A stretch of DNA of 64,000 bases. Origin: Bdellovibrionales bacterium (lineage in GTDB: Bacteria > Bdellovibrionota > UBA1018 > CAIMNF01). Below, one piece after another: positions 1 to 9,429 of this stretch (positions within the stretch are counted from its first letter, which is position 1; the number at the start of each line of letters is the position of its first letter). The notes under the pieces were generated by a model, which had not been told where the DNA came from, searched no databases, and worked only from the letters and a program-made list of their open reading frames with translations. Location: positions 26,034-90,033 of the forward strand of contig JBEIJY010000009.1 of NCBI GenBank assembly GCA_040380025.1. Reading direction: 5' to 3'. The translations under genes were made by a program, and so were the position numbers.

Positions 1-210
1 TCCGATGGTGGTTCCGGTCCGGACGGGAATCTCGACGTAATACACGTACACGATCGCGAAGCTCAGCATCACTCCGAGCACCTGCTCGCCGAGTCCTCCG
101 AGTCCGAGCATCAGCGTCAGCCCCCACTCGAGCGCGAACTCGGCCGCATTCCAGAGCGCGAAATCAATCAAATGGGCAAGAAACCGAATCCAGAATCCCG
201 CGTATTTCAC
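1..210 (-). CDS. RDD family membrane protein (N-terminal part; runs off window start)
   Basis: Hand translation of the minus strand from GTG at 210: MKYAGFWIRFLAHLIDFALWN..., the typical RDD 'AGFWxRxxAxxID' start. GTGA overlap with the upstream stop codon. Confidence 0.8.
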   Translation of the reverse strand, partial: MKYAGFWIRFLAHLIDFALWNAAEFALEWGLTLMLGLGGLGEQVLGVMLSFAIVYVYYVEIPVRTGTTIG

Positions 211-1118
211 GTTTTTCTCTCCCCCATGCCGAGCCCCATTCCCAGGCCCAGACCCGCAAAGATCAAGCCGGTCGCAAGGGCGGTTCGAACCGTCAGAGTC
301 TCTCCCAGACTGATCCACCCGTTCAGGAGCGCGACCACGGGCTGAAAATAAAAGAACAAGGCCACCATCGAGGCGCTCACACGGGTGAGCGCCCACGCAT
401 TCAACAAATACGTCACGAGAGTGGCGAGCACAACATTGTAGAAAGCCGCAAGATAGAACCGCGAATCGAGGCCCGAGACCGAGACTCCTCCGAGATCCCC
501 GGCTGCGAGGGTGAACAGAACCACCGCTCCGAACAGAAACATCCAAGCGGTAGCCCAATACGGGGAATGATCTCTCAAGAACCTCTGACTAAACACCAAA
601 TATGCGGCAAGAGAGAGACCGTTCAAGAGCATTGAAGCGTCCCCGAGGAACGTCGCGCTCGAGAGCCGGAACTCTTCGAAGTCGCGGATCACCACCGCTC
701 CTGCGATCGCAAGCAGGAACCCGAGCACCCTGCCGCGCGTGAGGCGCTCCATCCCGGCCAGCACGGCGATGGCGAGGGTGAAGAGCGGCGTCAGCGCGTT
801 CATGATCGCACCGTTGGTGGTGGTGGTGTTCTTGATTCCATACATGAAAAAGAACTGCGAAAGGGCCATCCCGAAGAGTCCGTACACAAAGGTCTTCCGC
901 AAAAAGACCGGATCGATTTTTCGTTGCGACCGGGGAACTACGACCCCGGAAAACGAGAACAACAGCAAGGCCGAGACCAGCAAGCGGATCGCCCCCCAGA
1001 GAGTGGGAGGAAACTGCTCCAGAACCACCTTGGAGGCCGCGAAATTGAATCCAAAAATCACTTGGACGGCAAAAAGGGCCACGACCGGAAGAAGGGGGCG
1101 GGAGGGAGCGGAATTCAT
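207..1118 (-). CDS. DMT/EamA family transporter
   Basis: About 10 hydrophobic helices in two EamA-like halves (GFNFAASK, TPLFT, QPVVA...GE). Start placed at MNSAP. Confidence 0.85.
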   Translation of the reverse strand: MNSAPSRPLLPVVALFAVQVIFGFNFAASKVVLEQFPPTLWGAIRLLVSALLLFSFSGVVVPRSQRKIDPVFLRKTFVYGLFGMALSQFFFMYGIKNTTTTNGAIMNALTPLFTLAIAVLAGMERLTRGRVLGFLLAIAGAVVIRDFEEFRLSSATFLGDASMLLNGLSLAAYLVFSQRFLRDHSPYWATAWMFLFGAVVLFTLAAGDLGGVSVSGLDSRFYLAAFYNVVLATLVTYLLNAWALTRVSASMVALFFYFQPVVALLNGWISLGETLTVRTALATGLIFAGLGLGMGLGMGERKT

Positions 1119-1177
1119 CCCCCCACTCTTCGCTAAAAAATAAAAAGAGTCAAATATCGATCCCCTCGAAAAAATCA

Positions 1178-1206
1178 TTGACGCAGCCTATCCGAACGGT
1201 TAGAAG
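1178..1206 (+). promoter_or_regulatory. sigma70-type promoter of candidate sRNA
   Basis: TTGACG (1178-1183), 17-nt spacer, TAGAAG (1201-1206). Confidence 0.55.
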
Positions 1207-1212
1207 TAAGGC

Positions 1213-1317
1213 TCCTAAGTCAGCGGGCTGCCTACCCCCCCCCCCAACCCATCCCAGGCAGTCTGTTGGTTCAGTGATTTAAAAGCCCGGCGGCCATTAC
1301 TGGCGTCGGGCTTTTAA
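1213..1317 (+). ncRNA. candidate small RNA with C-rich loop hairpin and intrinsic terminator
   Basis: Stem CAGCGGGCTGCCT/AGGCAGTCTGTTG (several G-U pairs) around a 22-nt C-rich loop, followed by a terminator hairpin; promoter upstream. Confidence 0.5.
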
Positions 1318-1323
1318 GTTTTT
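1279..1323 (+). terminator. Rho-independent terminator
   Basis: TTAAAAGCCCGGCGGCCA-TTAC-TGGCGTCGGGCTTTTAA followed by a T run. Confidence 0.7.
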
Positions 1324-1341
1324 TGCTGTGTCCGCCGATAC
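1314..1341 (+). promoter_or_regulatory. sigma28 (FliA)-like promoter of HDOD-HK-RR operon
   Basis: TTAAGTTT-N12-GCCGATAC, ending 8 nt before the ATG at 1350. Confidence 0.55.
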
Positions 1342-1349
1342 CTGTGTTG

Positions 1350-2189
1350 ATGGGTACGCACTCCCCTTGGATCGAAAAAATCCGCAGTCTTCCGGTATTG
1401 CCCCAGGTGGCCATGCGAATCACCGAACGGATGCAATCGCCGACGGCAACCGTGGCCGAGATCTCGGATCTGATCAAATCCGACATGGGACTTTCCTCGC
1501 GCGTTCTGCGGCTGGCGAATTCCTCTTACTACTCGATTCCGGGCGGAGTTTCAGAGGTGTCCAAGGCCCTTCAGTTTTTGGGATTCACCACCATCGCGCA
1601 GATCGTGCTCACGAGTTCCGTGGTCGGGTCCTTCAAAAATCCGGGCACGGGGGATTTTCCCCTCGCTCCGTTCTGGCTTCATTCCTTCGGCACGGGACAA
1701 CTGGCCGAGATCACCGCGCGCTCGCTTCAGATGGGAAGCCCTGCGGATGCGTTTGTCGGAGGGCTCCTGCATGATGTCGGAAAACTGATCCTTCTTGAGA
1801 TCGCACCCGATCAGCTTCAAAAAACCGCCCGCCTTGCGCGCGAGAAAAAAATCTCCTTCCATGCCGCCGAACTCGAGACGGGCGCTCCTTCGCACGTGAT
1901 GCTCGGGGCGGAGCTCGCCCGCCACTGGAAGCTCCCGGATTCGATCCGTGCTCTGATCGAGCATCATCACTCTTCGTCCGGAAATCGCGAGCAAACCCTG
2001 ATCGAGTGGGCGAATCTCCAGACGCATGTGCGGCAGATCGGCGCGTCCGGAAACCATGATCCGGGCAATGCGGAGCTGCTCGAAAAGGCACGGCTTCGGC
2101 TCGGATTGGGGGAGGAAGCCCTCCGGAACATCGAGCGACATTTCGAGAAAGAGTTTGAAAAAGCGGGGGCGATCCTGAATGCCCACTAA
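1350..2189 (+). CDS. HDOD domain signal-transduction protein
   Basis: LPVLPQVA...DMGLSSRVLRLANSSYY...FWLHS...AFVGGLLHDVGK...LARHWKLP...HH. Confidence 0.9.
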   Translation: MGTHSPWIEKIRSLPVLPQVAMRITERMQSPTATVAEISDLIKSDMGLSSRVLRLANSSYYSIPGGVSEVSKALQFLGFTTIAQIVLTSSVVGSFKNPGTGDFPLAPFWLHSFGTGQLAEITARSLQMGSPADAFVGGLLHDVGKLILLEIAPDQLQKTARLAREKKISFHAAELETGAPSHVMLGAELARHWKLPDSIRALIEHHHSSSGNREQTLIEWANLQTHVRQIGASGNHDPGNAELLEKARLRLGLGEEALRNIERHFEKEFEKAGAILNAH

Positions 2190-3333
2190 ATCGAAGGCCA
2201 ATGCGCCGAAAGAATTCAAAATTCCGGATGGACTCGGGGATCTCCCCCTTCCACTTCTGATCTACTTGCCCGATTCGAAAGAAATCCACGCGAATCGTGC
2301 CTTCGAGCGCCTCTTCGGACCGGTACCCCCCTCCCGCTTCTCGGGTCGCCCGGCCATCGCCCTTGTTCATGAAAGACCTGTTCATGAATCTGTTTTTTCG
2401 TTGCCCGGACGGCACGAGGGCTTTGTGGTCGAATCGGTGGAGGGCCTGAAGATTCCGGTGGAACTCCGGATCTCACCCTTGAATGCCGGCGGCCGGAGCG
2501 CCTCCCTCGTGCTCTTCGAAGATGTGACCGCGAAGCTCGAGCTCGAACGCCAGCTGATCGAGAATCACGTCGCTCTGACCCAGGCATTCGCCGACCTGAA
2601 ACACACGCAAAGCGCGCTCACCCAGGCTGCGAAGTTGGCTTCGCTCGGAGAGCTCTCATCCGGAATCGCACATGAGCTGAACCAACCCCTCCAGGCGATT
2701 CTGGGATTCAGCCAGGAGCTGCAACAATTCGAGCCACTGTCCCCGTCCGGCAAGGAGTTCCTTTCGGACATCATCCACGCGTCGAAAAAAATGGCCGAGA
2801 TCATCAAGTCCCTGCGCTCGTTCGCCCGCGAGGCGGGCGACGAGGTCGTCGATACCTCCCTCGAGCACGCGATCCGCGAGGCCGCGAAGCTGGTGAACCA
2901 CTCCCTCTTGCAACGGGGAATCTCGCTCGAAATCCGATCCGGATCGCACGCGCCCCTCGTGAGTGCGAACCCGATCCAGCTCGAGCAGGTTTTCGTGAAC
3001 CTGCTCAGCAACGCGATGGATGCGATCGAAGAGGCCCATGCCGGCAAGGGAACCATCACCGTTTCGATTTCGGAATCCGCGGACGGCGTACGGGTCTCGG
3101 TTGCGGATGACGGATGCGGAATGAGCGAAGAGGTCCGGCAGAGGATTTTCGACCCCTTCTTCACGACCAAGGAGACCGGAAAAGGCACGGGCCTCGGACT
3201 CAGCATCACCCATGGAATTCTCGAAAAAATCGGCGCGCGGGTCGAGGTCCTCTCGACCCCTGGCCATGGAACCCGTTTTGAACTCACCTTCCGTCCGGCG
3301 GGACGGATCAAGAAAAAAGGAGAAGCCGCATGA
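2179..3333 (+). CDS. cytoplasmic sensor histidine kinase (PAS-like + HisKA + HATPase)
   Basis: H-box IAHELNQPL, N-box QVFVNLLSNAMDA, DDGCGM, FDPFFTTK..GKGTGLGL. Confidence 0.92.
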   Translation: MPTKSKANAPKEFKIPDGLGDLPLPLLIYLPDSKEIHANRAFERLFGPVPPSRFSGRPAIALVHERPVHESVFSLPGRHEGFVVESVEGLKIPVELRISPLNAGGRSASLVLFEDVTAKLELERQLIENHVALTQAFADLKHTQSALTQAAKLASLGELSSGIAHELNQPLQAILGFSQELQQFEPLSPSGKEFLSDIIHASKKMAEIIKSLRSFAREAGDEVVDTSLEHAIREAAKLVNHSLLQRGISLEIRSGSHAPLVSANPIQLEQVFVNLLSNAMDAIEEAHAGKGTITVSISESADGVRVSVADDGCGMSEEVRQRIFDPFFTTKETGKGTGLGLSITHGILEKIGARVEVLSTPGHGTRFELTFRPAGRIKKKGEAA

Positions 3334-3965
3334 CCCAGAACAAAATCGTACTGATCGTGGATGACGAGGAACCGATCCGAAAGCTCCTGAGAGCCCGCTT
3401 CGAGCGCGAAGGCCTGAACGTCTTGACGGCAAGCCATGCCGGCGAGGCGCTCGAGATCCTGCTCCACACACCGGATCTCGCGCTTCTGGTCACCGACGTG
3501 AAGATGCCCGGGAAAGACGGGCTCGCGCTCACGGCAGAGGCGAAGGAGTTCTTACCGGATCTGAAGGTGATCGTGATGACCGGACACGGAGAAAAATCGA
3601 CGGCGATCTCGGCGCTCCGGCTCGGAGCCTGCGACTACCTCGAGAAGCCCTTCGACATGGAAGAAATGACGCATTCAGTGAACCGCGCGATCAAGGAATC
3701 GCGGCTGGAGAATCGGGCGGAAGTCCTCGATGACCGGAGTTCCGACTGGAACAACTCGGAGCCGACATCGAGCTACACCTTGCTGAAAAAGAAATGGTCG
3801 GAATCGTTCGAGAAGGAATACCTGACGAAGGTCTTGATCCGCCACCAAGGCAACGTGACCGCCGCCGCAAAGGAGGCCTGCGTGGACCGGAGCAATTTTT
3901 TGCGGCTCCTTCGCCGGCACCAGATCGATGCGGCTCACTACCGGATGACGAAGAAAGCGGCCTGA
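3330..3965 (+). CDS. response regulator (receiver + Fis-type HTH, no AAA+ domain)
   Basis: LIVDDE, TDVKMPGKDG, DYLEKP; C-terminal FEKEYL...GNVTAAAKEACVDRSNFLRLL. Confidence 0.88.
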   Translation: MTQNKIVLIVDDEEPIRKLLRARFEREGLNVLTASHAGEALEILLHTPDLALLVTDVKMPGKDGLALTAEAKEFLPDLKVIVMTGHGEKSTAISALRLGACDYLEKPFDMEEMTHSVNRAIKESRLENRAEVLDDRSSDWNNSEPTSSYTLLKKKWSESFEKEYLTKVLIRHQGNVTAAAKEACVDRSNFLRLLRRHQIDAAHYRMTKKAA

Positions 3966-3977
3966 GGATCCAAATCC

Positions 3978-5438
3978 TTATTTTCGGATCTTGATCTGAT
4001 GAACCTTGATCGTGTTCGTAGTGCCGCGTCCGAGACTCGGAACCCCCGCTGTCACCACGATCAGATCTTCATCATCCGCGCGGTGGTTCTCGACCAGAAC
4101 GCGCGAGACCATCCCGAACAAATCATCGGTTGCGACGAGCTCGGGGATCAGCACCCCGTTCACGCCCCAAACAAAAGAGAGCTTCCGGAGCGAGGCCTCG
4201 TTGTCCATGATCGCCACGATCGGGGTTTCGGGACGGTATTTGGCAAGGGTTCTCGCTGCGGTTCCCGAATGGGTCAGGCATGCGATCGCAACTGCTCCGA
4301 CATGAGACGCGATCCGCGACGCACTGAATTCGATCGACTCGACGATCGATCCCGAAACAGGAATCAGATTCGCATGAACCGAGTATTTTCCCTCACTCTC
4401 GGCCTCACGGATGATCCGTGCCATGGTCTCGACCGCCTCGACCGGATACTCGCCCGATGCGGACTCGGCCGACAGCATCACGGCATCGGTCCCGTCGAAC
4501 ACGGCATTCGCGACATCCGACGCTTCGGCACGCGTCGGGGTCGGACACGAGATCATGCTCTCGAGCATCTGGGTTGCGGTGATCACCGGCACCCCGAGCT
4601 CGTTCGACATGCGGATCAGCATTTTTTGAATGATCGGCACCTTCTCGGCACCGAGCTCGACGGCCATGTCTCCGCGGGCGATCAGGATGCCATCGGTCAC
4701 CTCGAGAATTCCCTCGGGGGCGTATACGGCCTCTTCCCGCTCGATCTTCGCGACGATGAGCGGATTGTGATTGCTGTTCTTGCGAATCCGGTCACGGACA
4801 ACCTGGATGTCCTGCGGCGTGCGCACGAAAGAAAGCGCGACCGAATCGACGCCGAGATCAAGCCCGAGCTTCAGATCGTGAAGATCCTTCTCGGTGACAC
4901 AAGGAAGAGACAAGGGAGTCCCGGGCAGATTCATTCCCTTGTTCGAGGTGAGCTTTCCGCCCACCGAAACCGTCACGACCATCTCGGGCGCATGGACTTC
5001 CTTCACCTCGCTCGAAAGTTTTCCGTCATCGAACAAGATCCGGGAGCCTTTTCGCACGTCCTTCGACAGGGGTTCGGCGATCTCGGCCGAAATCGGAATC
5101 GCAATCCGTCCGGTCAAGGAGGAGCGGGGTGTGGTTCCCTCGGGGTACAAAAGCACCTCATCTCCGGCGCGCAGAACGATCCCGCCCGCCTGGAGTTTTC
5201 CGACCCGGAGCTTGGGGCCCTGAAGATCCTGGAGCACGCCCACATGCTTTCCGGCATTCTTCGCGGCCGCGCGCACGGACTGGAACAGCGCCCGATGGAC
5301 CTCGTGGGTCCCGTGGCTGAAGTTCAACCGGGCGGTATCGAGCCCGGCGCGGACCAGTTTTTCGATTTTTTCGGGGGTGTTGCTCGAAGGCCCGAGCGTG
5401 CAGACGATTTTAACTTTTCTTCGCGATGAGTTGAGCAT
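3978..5438 (-). CDS. pyk: pyruvate kinase
   Basis: KIVCTLGP, RLNFSHG, DLQGPKLR, IVAKIE, ARGDM, TATQMLESM, PTRAEASDVANA. Confidence 0.97.
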   Translation of the reverse strand: MLNSSRRKVKIVCTLGPSSNTPEKIEKLVRAGLDTARLNFSHGTHEVHRALFQSVRAAAKNAGKHVGVLQDLQGPKLRVGKLQAGGIVLRAGDEVLLYPEGTTPRSSLTGRIAIPISAEIAEPLSKDVRKGSRILFDDGKLSSEVKEVHAPEMVVTVSVGGKLTSNKGMNLPGTPLSLPCVTEKDLHDLKLGLDLGVDSVALSFVRTPQDIQVVRDRIRKNSNHNPLIVAKIEREEAVYAPEGILEVTDGILIARGDMAVELGAEKVPIIQKMLIRMSNELGVPVITATQMLESMISCPTPTRAEASDVANAVFDGTDAVMLSAESASGEYPVEAVETMARIIREAESEGKYSVHANLIPVSGSIVESIEFSASRIASHVGAVAIACLTHSGTAARTLAKYRPETPIVAIMDNEASLRKLSFVWGVNGVLIPELVATDDLFGMVSRVLVENHRADDEDLIVVTAGVPSLGRGTTNTIKVHQIKIRK

Positions 5439-7101
5439 TGGTGCGTTTCATCTTATCAAGCTCTCCCTCATAATGCTCGACCAAAAACCGTTCTTTTTCC
5501 CGATGGGAAAGCTCCTGCTGGCGCACCCGGTATTCGGCACTCCGGTCCTTCTCTTCCACCATTCGCCGGGCGGTCCGCTCCTGCTCCTGGAGCTTCCGCT
5601 CGCTCTCGGTCTTCTGATTGGCAAGCTCCCGCGCGTGCTCATCCTGCAAAATCGACATCCGGCGGTCATACTCGCGCCGCTGATCCTGGAACCGCATGAA
5701 CCACTCCCGGTCCCGGGCCCGCGATGCGGAATCGGCCTCGACCAAGGCCAGATCCTTCGCCTCAGTCAACGAATCCCGTTGCTCCTCGAGTGCGATCTTG
5801 CTTCGTTTTTGCTGATCGGTCATGGCGCGGTTTCCGGCATTTCCGAGCCGGAGCAAGGCGTCCCGGGCGCGGGACTCGAGCGCGTCCGCGCGGGCATCCT
5901 CCTGCGCCTTCAAGTCCAAAAAGGCATCGGCCATGCCGCGCTTCTGGAGGTCATTCTCGCGCTTGAATTCACGGGTCAGGGAGCGAGTTTCTTCGCCGTG
6001 TTTTTCGGCAATTTCTCTTCGCTCCTCGTGGTCCCGGGCGCGGGTCGCCTCGAGATTCCTGCGGTTGCTCTCGCTCATCTTCTGCTCGGCCTCGTGATGG
6101 CGCGCAAGCTCCTGCGTGCGGATCGAATTGACCACCGCAGGCGAGACCTTCCGGGCATCCTGAGTGGTGCTCAAGTCGCGGATGATCCGCTCCCGCGCAT
6201 CGATCTCGGAATTCACGCGTTTCGCGTTCGACTGGATGTAATTCACATAGGCGCGGTCTTTTTCGCCCAAGGCCTTCTCGGTGTCTTCGCGATTCAGGCG
6301 CACGAGCTGATCCTGGCTCCGGGCCGCGTGCGCGCGCTCCCGCTTGAGCTCATCGCGGACCAGCGCCTCGGTCACCCCCGCCTCTTTTTTGATCTTCTGC
6401 GCCTCTTGCTTGAACTCGCTCTTTTGCCCGTCGAGCATCTTCTTGGTGCGCGCATCGGCCTCGATCTCCGAATCCAGGAGCTTCCGCGCGTACAACTCCT
6501 CGCCCTGCCGCTCCTTCTCCTTCCGCTTCTCGATCATTTTTTCATAAGAACCCACGAGGTTCCGCTTCTCGGTCTGATGCTCTTCTTCGTACCCGGCGAT
6601 CGCCTCCTGGCGCGCACGGGCGCGCTCGGATTCGACATCGCGGGCCTCGTTGCGGTACATCGAAAGCTCCTGCCGGAGCGGACGAGTCTCTTCGTCGTTC
6701 GAGCGCCGCTGGGCATTCAGGGCCCCCTCCAGGCGGTCGGCGTTCTCACGGGCCAAAGATTCAAATCGGTCCTCGGCATGCTTCTGGATCCGCTCCACCT
6801 TCCGGGTGGCATCGCGATCGATTTCTTCGCGATACCGGGCAAGCTCCGCATTCCGCTCGTGATCGGTCTCGAGCTCCTTCGTTGCGCGGCGGCCGTTCGA
6901 GTCGTAGAGCTCTTCTTTCAGCTTCCGGACCTCCTCGCGCGCACTCTCCCGCTCCTCGCGAAGATCGCCCGAGTGTTCTTCCTTCAGCTCTTTCATTTCT
7001 TTTTCGTGCTTTTCACGGGTCTCCGCGAGCTCGGCTTCGTAGGAGTCCCTCACGCGCTGAAGGGAATTCGAATAAGAGGCGGAATCCGACACCGTCGACA
7101 T
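5410..7101 (-). CDS. hypothetical long coiled-coil protein
   Basis: 563 aa, E/R/K/Q-rich, almost no Pro or Gly; 3' end overlaps the pyk start. Confidence 0.75.
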   Translation of the reverse strand: MSTVSDSASYSNSLQRVRDSYEAELAETREKHEKEMKELKEEHSGDLREERESAREEVRKLKEELYDSNGRRATKELETDHERNAELARYREEIDRDATRKVERIQKHAEDRFESLARENADRLEGALNAQRRSNDEETRPLRQELSMYRNEARDVESERARARQEAIAGYEEEHQTEKRNLVGSYEKMIEKRKEKERQGEELYARKLLDSEIEADARTKKMLDGQKSEFKQEAQKIKKEAGVTEALVRDELKRERAHAARSQDQLVRLNREDTEKALGEKDRAYVNYIQSNAKRVNSEIDARERIIRDLSTTQDARKVSPAVVNSIRTQELARHHEAEQKMSESNRRNLEATRARDHEERREIAEKHGEETRSLTREFKRENDLQKRGMADAFLDLKAQEDARADALESRARDALLRLGNAGNRAMTDQQKRSKIALEEQRDSLTEAKDLALVEADSASRARDREWFMRFQDQRREYDRRMSILQDEHARELANQKTESERKLQEQERTARRMVEEKDRSAEYRVRQQELSHREKERFLVEHYEGELDKMKRTNAQLIAKKS

Positions 7102-7169
7102 CTTGGTACAGGATAACCGGACACACAGGATTCAAAAACGGGCAATCTTTGCCGTCACCGCAGAGGCCG

Positions 7170-8606
7170 TCACCGCAGGGCATCGAGGAGCTTCGGGATG
7201 AACCCGCCGAATCCGCCGTTCGAGAGTACGGCGATCACGTCTCCCGGCCTTGAGGACTGTGCCACGCGTTTGACGCCCTCTTCGACCGTCTCAAAAAACG
7301 CGGCGTTCTTGCCATGCGCGACCAGATCGCACACCAGATCCGCACTCGAGAACTGGTCCTCGGGCGCGATCTTGCTTTGATCGAAGGCCACTGCGATGTG
7401 GATCTCATCGGCCTCGTCGAAGGCGCGAGCGTATTCGTTCTGGAACACCTTCCGCCGGGAGGTGGCCGACCGGGGCTCAAAAACCGCCACCAACCGCCGG
7501 CCGCTGTACTTTGCGGCAAGAGCCCCCAGCGTCTCGCGAACGGCCGTGGGATGATGGGCGAAGTCGTCGATCACGAGCACACCTCTCACCTCACCCCGCT
7601 CTTCCTGCCTGCGCTTGATGCCGCCAAAGCTCGCAAGACCGTTCCTGATTTGGTCCGCCGAGAGCCCGAGTTCCCGGCACTCGATGTACACGGCTAGCGC
7701 ATTCAAGGCGTTATGCTCGCCCGGAAGCGAGATCCTCACCCGATCGATCTTCGTCCCGCGCACGAGCACATCGAATTCGGCGCCCGCTTCCGAAACGATG
7801 AGCGAAGAAAACGTGTACTCGGCCCCGTCAGAGGCGTTCCGGGAATAAGTGATCACCGGCACCTTCGCCTCGCGAATCAGCTCGCGGACATTCGCGGTCT
7901 CGATGCAGGCGATCAGGCGGCCCCCGGGACGGATTCTTGAAATGAGGCCGGCAAACGCGCGTTTTACGGCCGCAAGATCGGCATAAATGTCGGCGTGATC
8001 GAACTCAACCGAGGTCAGGATCACATCGTCCGGAAGATAATGATTGAACTTGGGCACCTTGTCCCAGAAGGCGGTGTCGTATTCGTCGCCTTCAAGCACA
8101 AAACAGCCCTTCGCTGCACCGACATGAAAACTGTGCGGCAGGCTTTGCGAAACCCCGCCGATGAAATACGAGGGATCACGGCCAGCAGATCGGAGCACAT
8201 GAGCCAGAAGACTCGAGGTGGTCGTCTTGCCGTGCGTGCCCGCCACGACGAGATTCCGGGTTTCAGGAAGAAGATGCCGCTCCATGAACTCCGGGAGGGA
8301 GACGTACTCATCGCCCCTTTGCTCAAACGCCTGCATCTCGGGGTTGCCCTTGCTGATCACATTCCCGACCACGACGAGGTCGGGCTTTCCGCCGATGCGA
8401 TCGAGATTCGCGGGATCATACGGCGAGAACAACTCGATTCCCGCCTCCCGGAGAACATCGCTCATCGGAGGATAGACATTCTGGTCACTCCCCGTGACCC
8501 GTATGCCGGACCGGCGCAAAAACGCCGCGAATGCGCCCATCAGCGTGCCGCAGACTCCCAGGATGTGAACGTGCTTGAACCCGGACAAACCGGATGCGTG
8601 ATTCAT
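7170..8606 (-). CDS. mpl: murein tripeptide ligase Mpl (MurC family)
   Basis: HILGVCGTLMG, GSDQNVYPPMS, AGTHGKTTT, EGDEYDTAF.DK.PKF, DDFAHHPT, FEPRS, SNGGFGG. Confidence 0.92.
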   Translation of the reverse strand: MNHASGLSGFKHVHILGVCGTLMGAFAAFLRRSGIRVTGSDQNVYPPMSDVLREAGIELFSPYDPANLDRIGGKPDLVVVGNVISKGNPEMQAFEQRGDEYVSLPEFMERHLLPETRNLVVAGTHGKTTTSSLLAHVLRSAGRDPSYFIGGVSQSLPHSFHVGAAKGCFVLEGDEYDTAFWDKVPKFNHYLPDDVILTSVEFDHADIYADLAAVKRAFAGLISRIRPGGRLIACIETANVRELIREAKVPVITYSRNASDGAEYTFSSLIVSEAGAEFDVLVRGTKIDRVRISLPGEHNALNALAVYIECRELGLSADQIRNGLASFGGIKRRQEERGEVRGVLVIDDFAHHPTAVRETLGALAAKYSGRRLVAVFEPRSATSRRKVFQNEYARAFDEADEIHIAVAFDQSKIAPEDQFSSADLVCDLVAHGKNAAFFETVEEGVKRVAQSSRPGDVIAVLSNGGFGGFIPKLLDALR

Positions 8607-8628
8607 GGGGCTCATTGTGAAAGAGAAT

Positions 8629-9429
8629 TCACCTGATGCCAACCACAAAAGCGATCCAGGCGTGGGCGTTGTCGCCCACCTCGGTGCGCACGTACTCATC
8701 GGTGCCCTCGCCGTCGGGACCCGGATCTTCCCAGTACACGATCGTTTCCTTGAATCCGGCATCGATCATCACCTCGCGGATCTCGGGGATATTCCACACC
8801 CGCCAGTCATAGGTGAAGCAATCCCGGTGCATCCGTCCGTGGCGATCCTTGAAATGGATCGCGTACATTCCGTGCTGGGAGATCGGATCAAAGGACTTTT
8901 GGTCCCAGTAATAGACAAATCGTCCCAGGCCGGAAACCGTGTAGGTTCTTTGCTCGCGCGCCTTGACCGTGAAGCCCGGCCCTCCTGCCATCTCGAGCAC
9001 GAAAATGCCGTCCTTGGTCAGGGATTCCAGCGCCGCCTTGAAGTAGCGCTTCAGCTGGTCGCGGGTCTTGAAGATATAGAACGAGAAATTCCCGGCACCG
9101 ATCAGATCGGATTTCTGCTTCTTTGGAATGCTCACATCCTCGCGCAAAAGCTTCACCCGTTTTCGCTCGGAGGGAGAAAGCTTCCGGAACCCGTTATGAA
9201 GTCCGTAATCGAGGGGTTCGGGATCGAGGTCGATTCCGAGCGCGGTCCTCTCGGGAAGCGACTTGACCCATTCGCAGGAAATCAGAAACGTTCCGCAAAA
9301 ATCCTCGCGAAGCGAGAGCGCCCGCCGGCCGCGCAGATCGAGGAACATCCGGTCGAAGATCCGCACATGCTCCTCGGGGGTCTGAACGGAGTTCTCGTAG
9401 TGCTTGTACTTGTCGAATCCGCGCTTCAT
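8629..9429 (-). CDS. class I SAM-dependent methyltransferase-like protein
   Basis: LREDFCGT, ALGIDLD, NFSFYIF, YDWRVW. Start MKRGFDK via TGATG coupling; the longer ORF-track start overlaps another gene. Confidence 0.75.
   Translation of the reverse strand: MKRGFDKYKHYENSVQTPEEHVRIFDRMFLDLRGRRALSLREDFCGTFLISCEWVKSLPERTALGIDLDPEPLDYGLHNGFRKLSPSERKRVKLLREDVSIPKKQKSDLIGAGNFSFYIFKTRDQLKRYFKAALESLTKDGIFVLEMAGGPGFTVKAREQRTYTVSGLGRFVYYWDQKSFDPISQHGMYAIHFKDRHGRMHRDCFTYDWRVWNIPEIREVMIDAGFKETIVYWEDPGPDGEGTDEYVRTEVGDNAHAWIAFVVGIR

Noticed and set aside
1235..1245. Poly-C tract as a phase-variation switch
   Set aside because: Not in a CDS or promoter spacer; it lies in a hairpin loop, so it is treated as part of the sRNA candidate.
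3999..7116. Long + strand ORFs (476 and 579 aa)
   Set aside because: Antisense shadows of pyk and the coiled-coil gene, expected at high GC; no motifs.
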